Source: Naegleria gruberi
Lineage: Eukaryota
Strand: one strand, 5' to 3'
Assembly: GCA_000004985.1 (NCBI GenBank)
Contig: GG738854.1
Length of the DNA: 64,000 nucleotides
Shown: piece after piece, positions 24,001 to 36,000 of the stretch
Position numbering within the stretch: the first letter of the stretch is position 1
How the letters are laid out: every line of letters starts with the position of its first letter
The notes under the pieces: model-generated
Database searches by the model: none
The model's input: only the letters and a program-made list of their open reading frames with translations
What the model was told of the DNA's origin: nothing
Made by a program: the position numbers and the translations under genes

Positions 24001-27000
24001 NNNNNNNNNNNNNNNNNNNNNNNNNNNNNNNNNNNNNNNNNNNNNNNNNNNNNNNNNNNNNNNNNNNNNNNNNNNNNNNNNNNNNNNNNNNNNNNNNNNN
24101 NNNNNNNNNNNNNNNNNNNNNNNNNNNNNNNNNNNNNNNNNNNNNNNNNNNNNNNNNNNNNNNNNNNNNNNNNNNNNNNNNNNNNNNNNNNNNNNNNNNN
24201 NNNNNNNNNNNNNNNNNNNNNNNNNNNNNNNNNNNNNNNNNNNNNNNNNNNNNNNNNNNNNNNNNNNNNNNNNNNNNNNNNNNNNNNNNNNNNNNNNNNN
24301 NNNNNNNNNNNNNNNNNNNNNNNNNNNNNNNNNNNNNNNNNNNNNNNNNNNNNNNNNNNNNNNNNNNNNNNNNNNNNNNNNNNNNNNNNNNNNNNNNNNN
24401 NNNNNNNNNNNNNNNNNNNNNNNNNNNNNNNNNNNNNNNNNNNNNNNNNNNNNNNNNNNNNNNNNNNNNNNNNNNNNNNNNNNNNNNNNNNNNNNNNNNN
24501 NNNNNNNNNNNNNNNNNNNNNNNNNNNNNNNNNNNNNNNNNNNNNNNNNNNNNNNNNNNNNNNNNNNNNNNNNNNNNNNNNNNNNNNNNNNNNNNNNNNN
24601 NNNNNNNNNNNNNNNNNNNNNNNNNNNNNNNNNNNNNNNNNNNNNNNNNNNNNNNNNNNNNNNNNNNNNNNNNNNNNNNNNNNNNNNNNNNNNNNNNNNN
24701 NNNNNNNNNNNNNNNNNNNNNNNNNNNNNNNNNNNNNNNNNNNNNNNNNNNNNNNNNNNNNNNNNNNNNNNNNNNNNNNNNNNNNNNNNNNNNNNNNNNN
24801 NNNNNNNNNNNNNNNNNNNNNNNNNNNNNNNNNNNNNNNNNNNNNNNNNNNNNNNNNNNNNNNNNNNNNNNNNNNNNNNNNNNNNNNNNNNNNNNNNNNN
24901 NNNNNNNNNNNNNNNNNNNNNNNNNNNNNNNNNNNNNNNNNNNNNNNNNNNNNNNNNNNNNNNNNNNNNNNNNNNNNNNNNNNNNNNNNNNNNNNNNNNN
25001 NNNNNNNNNNNNNNNNNNNNNNNNNNNNNNNNNNNNNNNNNNNNNNNNNNNNNNNNNNNNNNNNNNNNNNNNNNNNNNNNNNNNNNNNNNNNNNNNNNNN
25101 NNNNNNNNNNNNNNNNNNNNNNNNNNNNNNNNNNNNNNNNNNNNNNNNNNNNNNNNNNNNNNNNNNNNNNNNNNNNNNNNNNNNNNNNNNNNNNNNNNNN
25201 NNNNNNNNNNNNNNNNNNNNNNNNNNNNNNNNNNNNNNNNNNNNNNNNNNNNNNNNNNNNNNNNNNNNNNNNNNNNNNNNNNNNNNNNNNNNNNNNNNNN
25301 NNNNNNNNNNNNNNNNNNNNNNNNNNNNNNNNNNNNNNNNNNNNNNNNNNNNNNNNNNNNNNNNNNNNNNNNNNNNNNNNNNNNNNNNNNNNNNNNNNNN
25401 NNNNNNNNNNNNNNNNNNNNNNNNNNNNNNNNNNNNNNNNNNNNNNNNNNNNNNNNNNNNNNNNNNNNNNNNNNNNNNNNNNNNNNNNNNNNNNNNNNNN
25501 NNNNNNNNNNNNNNNNNNNNNNNNNNNNNNNNNNNNNNNNNNNNNNNNNNNNNNNNNNNNNNNNNNNNNNNNNNNNNNNNNNNNNNNNNNNNNNNNNNNN
25601 NNNNNNNNNNNNNNNNNNNNNNNNNNNNNNNNNNNNNNNNNNNNNNNNNNNNNNNNNNNNNNNNNNNNNNNNNNNNNNNNNNNNNNNNNNNNNNNNNNNN
25701 NNNNNNNNNNNNNNNNNNNNNNNNNNNNNNNNNNNNNNNNNNNNNNNNNNNNNNNNNNNNNNNNNNNNNNNNNNNNNNNNNNNNNNNNNNNNNNNNNNNN
25801 NNNNNNNNNNNNNNNNNNNNNNNNNNNNNNNNNNNNNNNNNNNNNNNNNNNNNNNNNNNNNNNNNNNNNNNNNNNNNNNNNNNNNNNNNNNNNNNNNNNN
25901 NNNNNNNNNNNNNNNNNNNNNNNNNNNNNNNNNNNNNNNNNNNNNNNNNNNNNNNNNNNNNNNNNNNNNNNNNNNNNNNNNNNNNNNNNNNNNNNNNNNN
26001 NNNNNNNNNNNNNNNNNNNNNNNNNNNNNNNNNNNNNNNNNNNNNNNNNNNNNNNNNNNNNNNNNNNNNNNNNNNNNNNNNNNNNNNNNNNNNNNNNNNN
26101 NNNNNNNNNNNNNNNNNNNNNNNNNNNNNNNNNNNNNNNNNNNNNNNNNNNNNNNNNNNNNNNNNNNNNNNNNNNNNNNNNNNNNNNNNNNNNNNNNNNN
26201 NNNNNNNNNNNNNNNNNNNNNNNNNNNNNNNNNNNNNNNNNNNNNNNNNNNNNNNNNNNNNNNNNNNNNNNNNNNNNNNNNNNNNNNNNNNNNNNNNNNN
26301 NNNNNNNNNNNNNNNNNNNNNNNNNNNNNNNNNNNNNNNNNNNNNNNNNNNNNNNNNNNNNNNNNNNNNNNNNNNNNNNNNNNNNNNNNNNNNNNNNNNN
26401 NNNNNNNNNNNNNNNNNNNNNNNNNNNNNNNNNNNNNNNNNNNNNNNNNNNNNNNNNNNNNNNNNNNNNNNNNNNNNNNNNNNNNNNNNNNNNNNNNNNN
26501 NNNNNNNNNNNNNNNNNNNNNNNNNNNNNNNNNNNNNNNNNNNNNNNNNNNNNNNNNNNNNNNNNNNNNNNNNNNNNNNNNNNNNNNNNNNNNNNNNNNN
26601 NNNNNNNNNNNNNNNNNNNNNNNNNNNNNNNNNNNNNNNNNNNNNNNNNNNNNNNNNNNNNNNNNNNNNNNNNNNNNNNNNNNNNNNNNNNNNNNNNNNN
26701 NNNNNNNNNNNNNNNNNNNNNNNNNNNNNNNNNNNNNNNNNNNNNNNNNNNNNNNNNNNNNNNNNNNNNNNNNNNNNNNNNNNNNNNNNNNNNNNNNNNN
26801 NNNNNNNNNNNNNNNNNNNNNNNNNNNNNNNNNNNNNNNNNNNNNNNNNNNNNNNNNNNNNNNNNNNNNNNNNNNNNNNNNNNNNNNNNNNNNNNNNNNN
26901 NNNNNNNNNNNNNNNNNNNNNNNNNNNNNNNNNNNNNNNNNNNNNNNNNNNNNNNNNNNNNNNNNNNNNNNNNNNNNNNNNNNNNNNNNNNNNNNNNNNN

Positions 27001-30000
27001 NNNNNNNNNNNNNNNNNNNNNNNNNNNNNNNNNNNNNNNNNNNNNNNNNNNNNNNNNNNNNNNNNNNNNNNNNNNNNNNNNNNNNNNNNNNNNNNNNNNN
27101 NNNNNNNNNNNNNNNNNNNNNNNNNNNNNNNNNNNNNNNNNNNNNNNNNNNNNNNNNNNNNNNNNNNNNNNNNNNNNNNNNNNNNNNNNNNNNNNNNNNN
27201 NNNNNNNNNNNNNNNNNNNNNNNNNNNNNNNNNNNNNNNNNNNNNNNNNNNNNNNNNNNNNNNNNNNNNNNNNNNNNNNNNNNNNNNNNNNNNNNNNNNN
27301 NNNNNNNNNNNNNNNNNNNNNNNNNNNNNNNNNNNNNNNNNNNNNNNNNNNNNNNNNNNNNNNNNNNNNNNNNNNNNNNNNNNNNNNNNNNNNNNNNNNN
27401 NNNNNNNNNNNNNNNNNNNNNNNNNNNNNNNNNNNNNNNNNNNNNNNNNNNNNNNNNNNNNNNNNNNNNNNNNNNNNNNNNNNNNNNNNNNNNNNNNNNN
27501 NNNNNNNNNNNNNNNNNNNNNNNNNNNNNNNNNNNNNNNNNNNNNNNNNNNNNNNNNNNNNNNNNNNNNNNNNNNNNNNNNNNNNNNNNNNNNNNNNNNN
27601 NNNNNNNNNNNNNNNNNNNNNNNNNNNNNNNNNNNNNNNNNNNNNNNNNNNNNNNNNNNNNNNNNNNNNNNNNNNNNNNNNNNNNNNNNNNNNNNNNNNN
27701 NNNNNNNNNNNNNNNNNNNNNNNNNNNNNNNNNNNNNNNNNNNNNNNNNNNNNNNNNNNNNNNNNNNNNNNNNNNNNNNNNNNNNNNNNNNNNNNNNNNN
27801 NNNNNNNNNNNNNNNNNNNNNNNNNNNNNNNNNNNNNNNNNNNNNNNNNNNNNNNNNNNNNNNNNNNNNNNNNNNNNNNNNNNNNNNNNNNNNNNNNNNN
27901 NNNNNNNNNNNNNNNNNNNNNNNNNNNNNNNNNNNNNNNNNNNNNNNNNNNNNNNNNNNNNNNNNNNNNNNNNNNNNNNNNNNNNNNNNNNNNNNNNNNN
28001 NNNNNNNNNNNNNNNNNNNNNNNNNNNNNNNNNNNNNNNNNNNNNNNNNNNNNNNNNNNNNNNNNNNNNNNNNNNNNNNNNNNNNNNNNNNNNNNNNNNN
28101 NNNNNNNNNNNNNNNNNNNNNNNNNNNNNNNNNNNNNNNNNNNNNNNNNNNNNNNNNNNNNNNNNNNNNNNNNNNNNNNNNNNNNNNNNNNNNNNNNNNN
28201 NNNNNNNNNNNNNNNNNNNNNNNNNNNNNNNNNNNNNNNNNNNNNNNNNNNNNNNNNNNNNNNNNNNNNNNNNNNNNNNNNNNNNNNNNNNNNNNNNNNN
28301 NNNNNNNNNNNNNNNNNNNNNNNNNNNNNNNNNNNNNNNNNNNNNNNNNNNNNNNNNNNNNNNNNNNNNNNNNNNNNNNNNNNNNNNNNNNNNNNNNNNN
28401 NNNNNNNNNNNNNNNNNNNNNNNNNNNNNNNNNNNNNNNNNNNNNNNNNNNNNNNNNNNNNNNNNNNNNNNNNNNNNNNNNNNNNNNNNNNNNNNNNNNN
28501 NNNNNNNNNNNNNNNNNNNNNNNNNNNNNNNNNNNNNNNNNNNNNNNNNNNNNNNNNNNNNNNNNNNNNNNNNNNNNNNNNNNNNNNNNNNNNNNNNNNN
28601 NNNNNNNNNNNNNNNNNNNNNNNNNNNNNNNNNNNNNNNNNNNNNNNNNNNNNNNNNNNNNNNNNNNNNNNNNNNNNNNNNNNNNNNNNNNNNNNNNNNN
28701 NNNNNNNNNNNNNNNNNNNNNNNNNNNNNNNNNNNNNNNNNNNNNNNNNNNNNNNNNNNNNNNNNNNNNNNNNNNNNNNNNNNNNNNNNNNNNNNNNNNN
28801 NNNNNNNNNNNNNNNNNNNNNNNNNNNNNNNNNNNNNNNNNNNNNNNNNNNNNNNNNNNNNNNNNNNNNNNNNNNNNNNNNNNNNNNNNNNNNNNNNNNN
28901 NNNNNNNNNNNNNNNNNNNNNNNNNNNNNNNNNNNNNNNNNNNNNNNNNNNNNNNNNNNNNNNNNNNNNNNNNNNNNNNNNNNNNNNNNNNNNNNNNNNN
29001 NNNNNNNNNNNNNNNNNNNNNNNNNNNNNNNNNNNNNNNNNNNNNNNNNNNNNNNNNNNNNNNNNNNNNNNNNNNNNNNNNNNNNNNNNNNNNNNNNNNN
29101 NNNNNNNNNNNNNNNNNNNNNNNNNNNNNNNNNNNNNNNNNNNNNNNNNNNNNNNNNNNNNNNNNNNNNNNNNNNNNNNNNNNNNNNNNNNNNNNNNNNN
29201 NNNNNNNNNNNNNNNNNNNNNNNNNNNNNNNNNNNNNNNNNNNNNNNNNNNNNNNNNNNNNNNNNNNNNNNNNNNNNNNNNNNNNNNNNNNNNNNNNNNN
29301 NNNNNNNNNNNNNNNNNNNNNNNNNNNNNNNNNNNNNNNNNNNNNNNNNNNNNNNNNNNNNNNNNNNNNNNNNNNNNNNNNNNNNNNNNNNNNNNNNNNN
29401 NNNNNNNNNNNNNNNNNNNNNNNNNNNNNNNNNNNNNNNNNNNNNNNNNNNNNNNNNNNNNNNNNNNNNNNNNNNNNNNNNNNNNNNNNNNNNNNNNNNN
29501 NNNNNNNNNNNNNNNNNNNNNNNNNNNNNNNNNNNNNNNNNNNNNNNNNNNNNNNNNNNNNNNNNNNNNNNNNNNNNNNNNNNNNNNNNNNNNNNNNNNN
29601 NNNNNNNNNNNNNNNNNNNNNNNNNNNNNNNNNNNNNNNNNNNNNNNNNNNNNNNNNNNNNNNNNNNNNNNNNNNNNNNNNNNNNNNNNNNNNNNNNNNN
29701 NNNNNNNNNNNNNNNNNNNNNNNNNNNNNNNNNNNNNNNNNNNNNNNNNNNNNNNNNNNNNNNNNNNNNNNNNNNNNNNNNNNNNNNNNNNNNNNNNNNN
29801 NNNNNNNNNNNNNNNNNNNNNNNNNNNNNNNNNNNNNNNNNNNNNNNNNNNNNNNNNNNNNNNNNNNNNNNNNNNNNNNNNNNNNNNNNNNNNNNNNNNN
29901 NNNNNNNNNNNNNNNNNNNNNNNNNNNNNNNNNNNNNNNNNNNNNNNNNNNNNNNNNNNNNNNNNNNNNNNNNNNNNNNNNNNNNNNNNNNNNNNNNNNN

Positions 30001-33000
30001 NNNNNNNNNNNNNNNNNNNNNNNNNNNNNNNNNNNNNNNNNNNNNNNNNNNNNNNNNNNNNNNNNNNNNNNNNNNNNNNNNNNNNNNNNNNNNNNNNNNN
30101 NNNNNNNNNNNNNNNNNNNNNNNNNNNNNNNNNNNNNNNNNNNNNNNNNNNNNNNNNNNNNNNNNNNNNNNNNNNNNNNNNNNNNNNNNNNNNNNNNNNN
30201 NNNNNNNNNNNNNNNNNNNNNNNNNNNNNNNNNNNNNNNNNNNNNNNNNNNNNNNNNNNNNNNNNNNNNNNNNNNNNNNNNNNNNNNNNNNNNNNNNNNN
30301 NNNNNNNNNNNNNNNNNNNNNNNNNNNNNNNNNNNNNNNNNNNNNNNNNNNNNNNNNNNNNNNNNNNNNNNNNNNNNNNNNNNNNNNNNNNNNNNNNNNN
30401 NNNNNNNNNNNNNNNNNNNNNNNNNNNNNNNNNNNNNNNNNNNNNNNNNNNNNNNNNNNNNNNNNNNNNNNNNNNNNNNNNNNNNNNNNNNNNNNNNNNN
30501 NNNNNNNNNNNNNNNNNNNNNNNNNNNNNNNNNNNNNNNNNNNNNNNNNNNNNNNNNNNNNNNNNNNNNNNNNNNNNNNNNNNNNNNNNNNNNNNNNNNN
30601 NNNNNNNNNNNNNNNNNNNNNNNNNNNNNNNNNNNNNNNNNNNNNNNNNNNNNNNNNNNNNNNNNNNNNNNNNNNNNNNNNNNNNNNNNNNNNNNNNNNN
30701 NNNNNNNNNNNNNNNNNNNNNNNNNNNNNNNNNNNNNNNNNNNNNNNNNNNNNNNNNNNNNNNNNNNNNNNNNNNNNNNNNNNNNNNNNNNNNNNNNNNN
30801 NNNNNNNNNNNNNNNNNNNNNNNNNNNNNNNNNNNNNNNNNNNNNNNNNNNNNNNNNNNNNNNNNNNNNNNNNNNNNNNNNNNNNNNNNNNNNNNNNNNN
30901 NNNNNNNNNNNNNNNNNNNNNNNNNNNNNNNNNNNNNNNNNNNNNNNNNNNNNNNNNNNNNNNNNNNNNNNNNNNNNNNNNNNNNNNNNNNNNNNNNNNN
31001 NNNNNNNNNNNNNNNNNNNNNNNNNNNNNNNNNNNNNNNNNNNNNNNNNNNNNNNNNNNNNNNNNNNNNNNNNNNNNNNNNNNNNNNNNNNNNNNNNNNN
31101 NNNNNNNNNNNNNNNNNNNNNNNNNNNNNNNNNNNNNNNNNNNNNNNNNNNNNNNNNNNNNNNNNNNNNNNNNNNNNNNNNNNNNNNNNNNNNNNNNNNN
31201 NNNNNNNNNNNNNNNNNNNNNNNNNNNNNNNNNNNNNNNNNNNNNNNNNNNNNNNNNNNNNNNNNNNNNNNNNNNNNNNNNNNNNNNNNNNNNNNNNNNN
31301 NNNNNNNNNNNNNNNNNNNNNNNNNNNNNNNNNNNNNNNNNNNNNNNNNNNNNNNNNNNNNNNNNNNNNNNNNNNNNNNNNNNNNNNNNNNNNNNNNNNN
31401 NNNNNNNNNNNNNNNNNNNNNNNNNNNNNNNNNNNNNNNNNNNNNNNNNNNNNNNNNNNNNNNNNNNNNNNNNNNNNNNNNNNNNNNNNNNNNNNNNNNN
31501 NNNNNNNNNNNNNNNNNNNNNNNNNNNNNNNNNNNNNNNNNNNNNNNNNNNNNNNNNNNNNNNNNNNNNNNNNNNNNNNNNNNNNNNNNNNNNNNNNNNN
31601 NNNNNNNNNNNNNNNNNNNNNNNNNNNNNNNNNNNNNNNNNNNNNNNNNNNNNNNNNNNNNNNNNNNNNNNNNNNNNNNNNNNNNNNNNNNNNNNNNNNN
31701 NNNNNNNNNNNNNNNNNNNNNNNNNNNNNNNNNNNNNNNNNNNNNNNNNNNNNNNNNNNNNNNNNNNNNNNNNNNNNNNNNNNNNNNNNNNNNNNNNNNN
31801 NNNNNNNNNNNNNNNNNNNNNNNNNNNNNNNNNNNNNNNNNNNNNNNNNNNNNNNNNNNNNNNNNNNNNNNNNNNNNNNNNNNNNNNNNNNNNNNNNNNN
31901 NNNNNNNNNNNNNNNNNNNNNNNNNNNNNNNNNNNNNNNNNNNNNNNNNNNNNNNNNNNNNNNNNNNNNNNNNNNNNNNNNNNNNNNNNNNNNNNNNNNN
32001 NNNNNNNNNNNNNNNNNNNNNNNNNNNNNNNNNNNNNNNNNNNNNNNNNNNNNNNNNNNNNNNNNNNNNNNNNNNNNNNNNNNNNNNNNNNNNNNNNNNN
32101 NNNNNNNNNNNNNNNNNNNNNNNNNNNNNNNNNNNNNNNNNNNNNNNNNNNNNNNNNNNNNNNNNNNNNNNNNNNNNNNNNNNNNNNNNNNNNNNNNNNN
32201 NNNNNNNNNNNNNNNNNNNNNNNNNNNNNNNNNNNNNNNNNNNNNNNNNNNNNNNNNNNNNNNNNNNNNNNNNNNNNNNNNNNNNNNNNNNNNNNNNNNN
32301 NNNNNNNNNNNNNNNNNNNNNNNNNNNNNNNNNNNNNNNNNNNNNNNNNNNNNNNNNNNNNNNNNNNNNNNNNNNNNNNNNNNNNNNNNNNNNNNNNNNN
32401 NNNNNNNNNNNNNNNNNNNNNNNNNNNNNNNNNNNNNNNNNNNNNNNNNNNNNNNNNNNNNNNNNNNNNNNNNNNNNNNNNNNNNNNNNNNNNNNNNNNN
32501 NNNNNNNNNNNNNNNNNNNNNNNNNNNNNNNNNNNNNNNNNNNNNNNNNNNNNNNNNNNNNNNNNNNNNNNNNNNNNNNNNNNNNNNNNNNNNNNNNNNN
32601 NNNNNNNNNNNNNNNNNNNNNNNNNNNNNNNNNNNNNNNNNNNNNNNNNNNNNNNNNNNNNNNNNNNNNNNNNNNNNNNNNNNNNNNNNNNNNNNNNNNN
32701 NNNNNNNNNNNNNNNNNNNNNNNNNNNNNNNNNNNNNNNNNNNNNNNNNNNNNNNNNNNNNNNNNNNNNNNNNNNNNNNNNNNNNNNNNNNNNNNNNNNN
32801 NNNNNNNNNNNNNNNNNNNNNNNNNNNNNNNNNNNNNNNNNNNNNNNNNNNNNNNNNNNNNNNNNNNNNNNNNNNNNNNNNNNNNNNNNNNNNNNNNNNN
32901 NNNNNNNNNNNNNNNNNNNNNNNNNNNNNNNNNNNNNNNNNNNNNNNNNNNNNNNNNNNNNNNNNNNNNNNNNNNNNNNNNNNNNNNNNNNNNNNNNNNN

Positions 33001-36000
33001 NNNNNNNNNNNNNNNNNNNNNNNNNNNNNNNNNNNNNNNNNNNNNNNNNNNNNNNNNNNNNNNNNNNNNNNNNNNNNNNNNNNNNNNNNNNNNNNNNNNN
33101 NNNNNNNNNNNNNNNNNNNNNNNNNNNNNNNNNNNNNNNNNNNNNNNNNNNNNNNNNNNNNNNNNNNNNNNNNNNNNNNNNNNNNNNNNNNNNNNNNNNN
33201 NNNNNNNNNNNNNNNNNNNNNNNNNNNNNNNNNNNNNNNNNNNNNNNNNNNNNNNNNNNNNNNNNNNNNNNNNNNNNNNNNNNNNNNNNNNNNNNNNNNN
33301 NNNNNNNNNNNNNNNNNNNNNNNNNNNNNNNNNNNNNNNNNNNNNNNNNNNNNNNNNNNNNNNNNNNNNNNNNNNNNNNNNNNNNNNNNNNNNNNNNNNN
33401 NNNNNNNNNNNNNNNNNNNNNNNNNNNNNNNNNNNNNNNNNNNNNNNNNNNNNNNNNNNNNNNNNNNNNNNNNNNNNNNNNNNNNNNNNNNNNNNNNNNN
33501 NNNNNNNNNNNNNNNNNNNNNNNNNNNNNNNNNNNNNNNNNNNNNNNNNNNNNNNNNNNNNNNNNNNNNNNNNNNNNNNNNNNNNNNNNNNNNNNNNNNN
33601 NNNNNNNNNNNNNNNNNNNNNNNNNNNNNNNNNNNNNNNNNNNNNNNNNNNNNNNNNNNNNNNNNNNNNNNNNNNNNNNNNNNNNNNNNNNNNNNNNNNN
33701 NNNNNNNNNNNNNNNNNNNNNNNNNNNNNNNNNNNNNNNNNNNNNNNNNNNNNNNNNNNNNNNNNNNNNNNNNNNNNNNNNNNNNNNNNNNNNNNNNNNN
33801 NNNNNNNNNNNNNNNNNNNNNNNNNNNNNNNNNNNNNNNNNNNNNNNNNNNNNNNNNNNNNNNNNNNNNNNNNNNNNNNNNNNNNNNNNNNNNNNNNNNN
33901 NNNNNNNNNNNNNNNNNNNNNNNNNNNNNNNNNNNNNNNNNNNNNNNNNNNNNNNNNNNNNNNNNNNNNNNNNNNNNNNNNNNNNNNNNNNNNNNNNNNN
34001 NNNNNNNNNNNNNNNNNNNNNNNNNNNNNNNNNNNNNNNNNNNNNNNNNNNNNNNNNNNNNNNNNNNNNNNNNNNNNNNNNNNNNNNNNNNNNNNNNNNN
34101 NNNNNNNNNNNNNNNNNNNNNNNNNNNNNNNNNNNNNNNNNNNNNNNNNNNNNNNNNNNNNNNNNNNNNNNNNNNNNNNNNNNNNNNNNNNNNNNNNNNN
34201 NNNNNNNNNNNNNNNNNNNNNNNNNNNNNNNNNNNNNNNNNNNNNNNNNNNNNNNNNNNNNNNNNNNNNNNNNNNNNNNNNNNNNNNNNNNNNNNNNNNN
34301 NNNNNNNNNNNNNNNNNNNNNNNNNNNNNNNNNNNNNNNNNNNNNNNNNNNNNNNNNNNNNNNNNNNNNNNNNNNNNNNNNNNNNNNNNNNNNNNNNNNN
34401 NNNNNNNNNNNNNNNNNNNNNNNNNNNNNNNNNNNNNNNNNNNNNNNNNNNNNNNNNNNNNNNNNNNNNNNNNNNNNNNNNNNNNNNNNNNNNNNNNNNN
34501 NNNNNNNNNNNNNNNNNNNNNNNNNNNNNNNNNNNNNNNNNNNNNNNNNNNNNNNNNNNNNNNNNNNNNNNNNNNNNNNNNNNNNNNNNNNNNNNNNNNN
34601 NNNNNNNNNNNNNNNNNNNNNNNNNNNNNNNNNNNNNNNNNNNNNNNNNNNNNNNNNNNNNNNNNNNNNNNNNNNNNNNNNNNNNNNNNNNNNNNNNNNN
34701 NNNNNNNNNNNNNNNNNNNNNNNNNNNNNNNNNNNNNNNNNNNNNNNNNNNNNNNNNNNNNNNNNNNNNNNNNNNNNNNNNNNNNNNNNNNNNNNNNNNN
34801 NNNNNNNNNNNNNNNNNNNNNNNNNNNNNNNNNNNNNNNNNNNNNNNNNNNNNNNNNNNNNNNNNNNNNNNNNNNNNNNNNNNNNNNNNNNNNNNNNNNN
34901 NNNNNNNNNNNNNNNNNNNNNNNNNNNNNNNNNNNNNNNNNNNNNNNNNNNNNNNNNNNNNNNNNNNNNNNNNNNNNNNNNNNNNNNNNNNNNNNNNNNN
35001 NNNNNNNNNNNNNNNNNNNNNNNNNNNNNNNNNNNNNNNNNNNNNNNNNNNNNNNNNNNNNNNNNNNNNNNNNNNNNNNNNNNNNNNNNNNNNNNNNNNN
35101 NNNNNNNNNNNNNNNNNNNNNNNNNNNNNNNNNNNNNNNNNNNNNNNNNNNNNNNNNNNNNNNNNNNNNNNNNNNNNNNNNNNNNNNNNNNNNNNNNNNN
35201 NNNNNNNNNNNNNNNNNNNNNNNNNNNNNNNNNNNNNNNNNNNNNNNNNNNNNNNNNNNNNNNNNNNNNNNNNNNNNNNNNNNNNNNNNNNNNNNNNNNN
35301 NNNNNNNNNNNNNNNNNNNNNNNNNNNNNNNNNNNNNNNNNNNNNNNNNNNNNNNNNNNNNNNNNNNNNNNNNNNNNNNNNNNNNNNNNNNNNNNNNNNN
35401 NNNNNNNNNNNNNNNNNNNNNNNNNNNNNNNNNNNNNNNNNNNNNNNNNNNNNNNNNNNNNNNNNNNNNNNNNNNNNNNNNNNNNNNNNNNNNNNNNNNN
35501 NNNNNNNNNNNNNNNNNNNNNNNNNNNNNNNNNNNNNNNNNNNNNNNNNNNNNNNNNNNNNNNNNNNNNNNNNNNNNNNNNNNNNNNNNNNNNNNNNNNN
35601 NNNNNNNNNNNNNNNNNNNNNNNNNNNNNNNNNNNNNNNNNNNNNNNNNNNNNNNNNNNNNNNNNNNNNNNNNNNNNNNNNNNNNNNNNNNNNNNNNNNN
35701 NNNNNNNNNNNNNNNNNNNNNNNNNNNNNNNNNNNNNNNNNNNNNNNNNNNNNNNNNNNNNNNNNNNNNNNNNNNNNNNNNNNNNNNNNNNNNNNNNNNN
35801 NNNNNNNNNNNNNNNNNNNNNNNNNNNNNNNNNNNNNNNNNNNNNNNNNNNNNNNNNNNNNNNNNNNNNNNNNNNNNNNNNNNNNNNNNNNNNNNNNNNN
35901 NNNNNNNNNNNNNNNNNNNNNNNNNNNNNNNNNNNNNNNNNNNNNNNNNNNNNNNNNNNNNNNNNNNNNNNNNNNNNNNNNNNNNNNNNNNNNNNNNNNN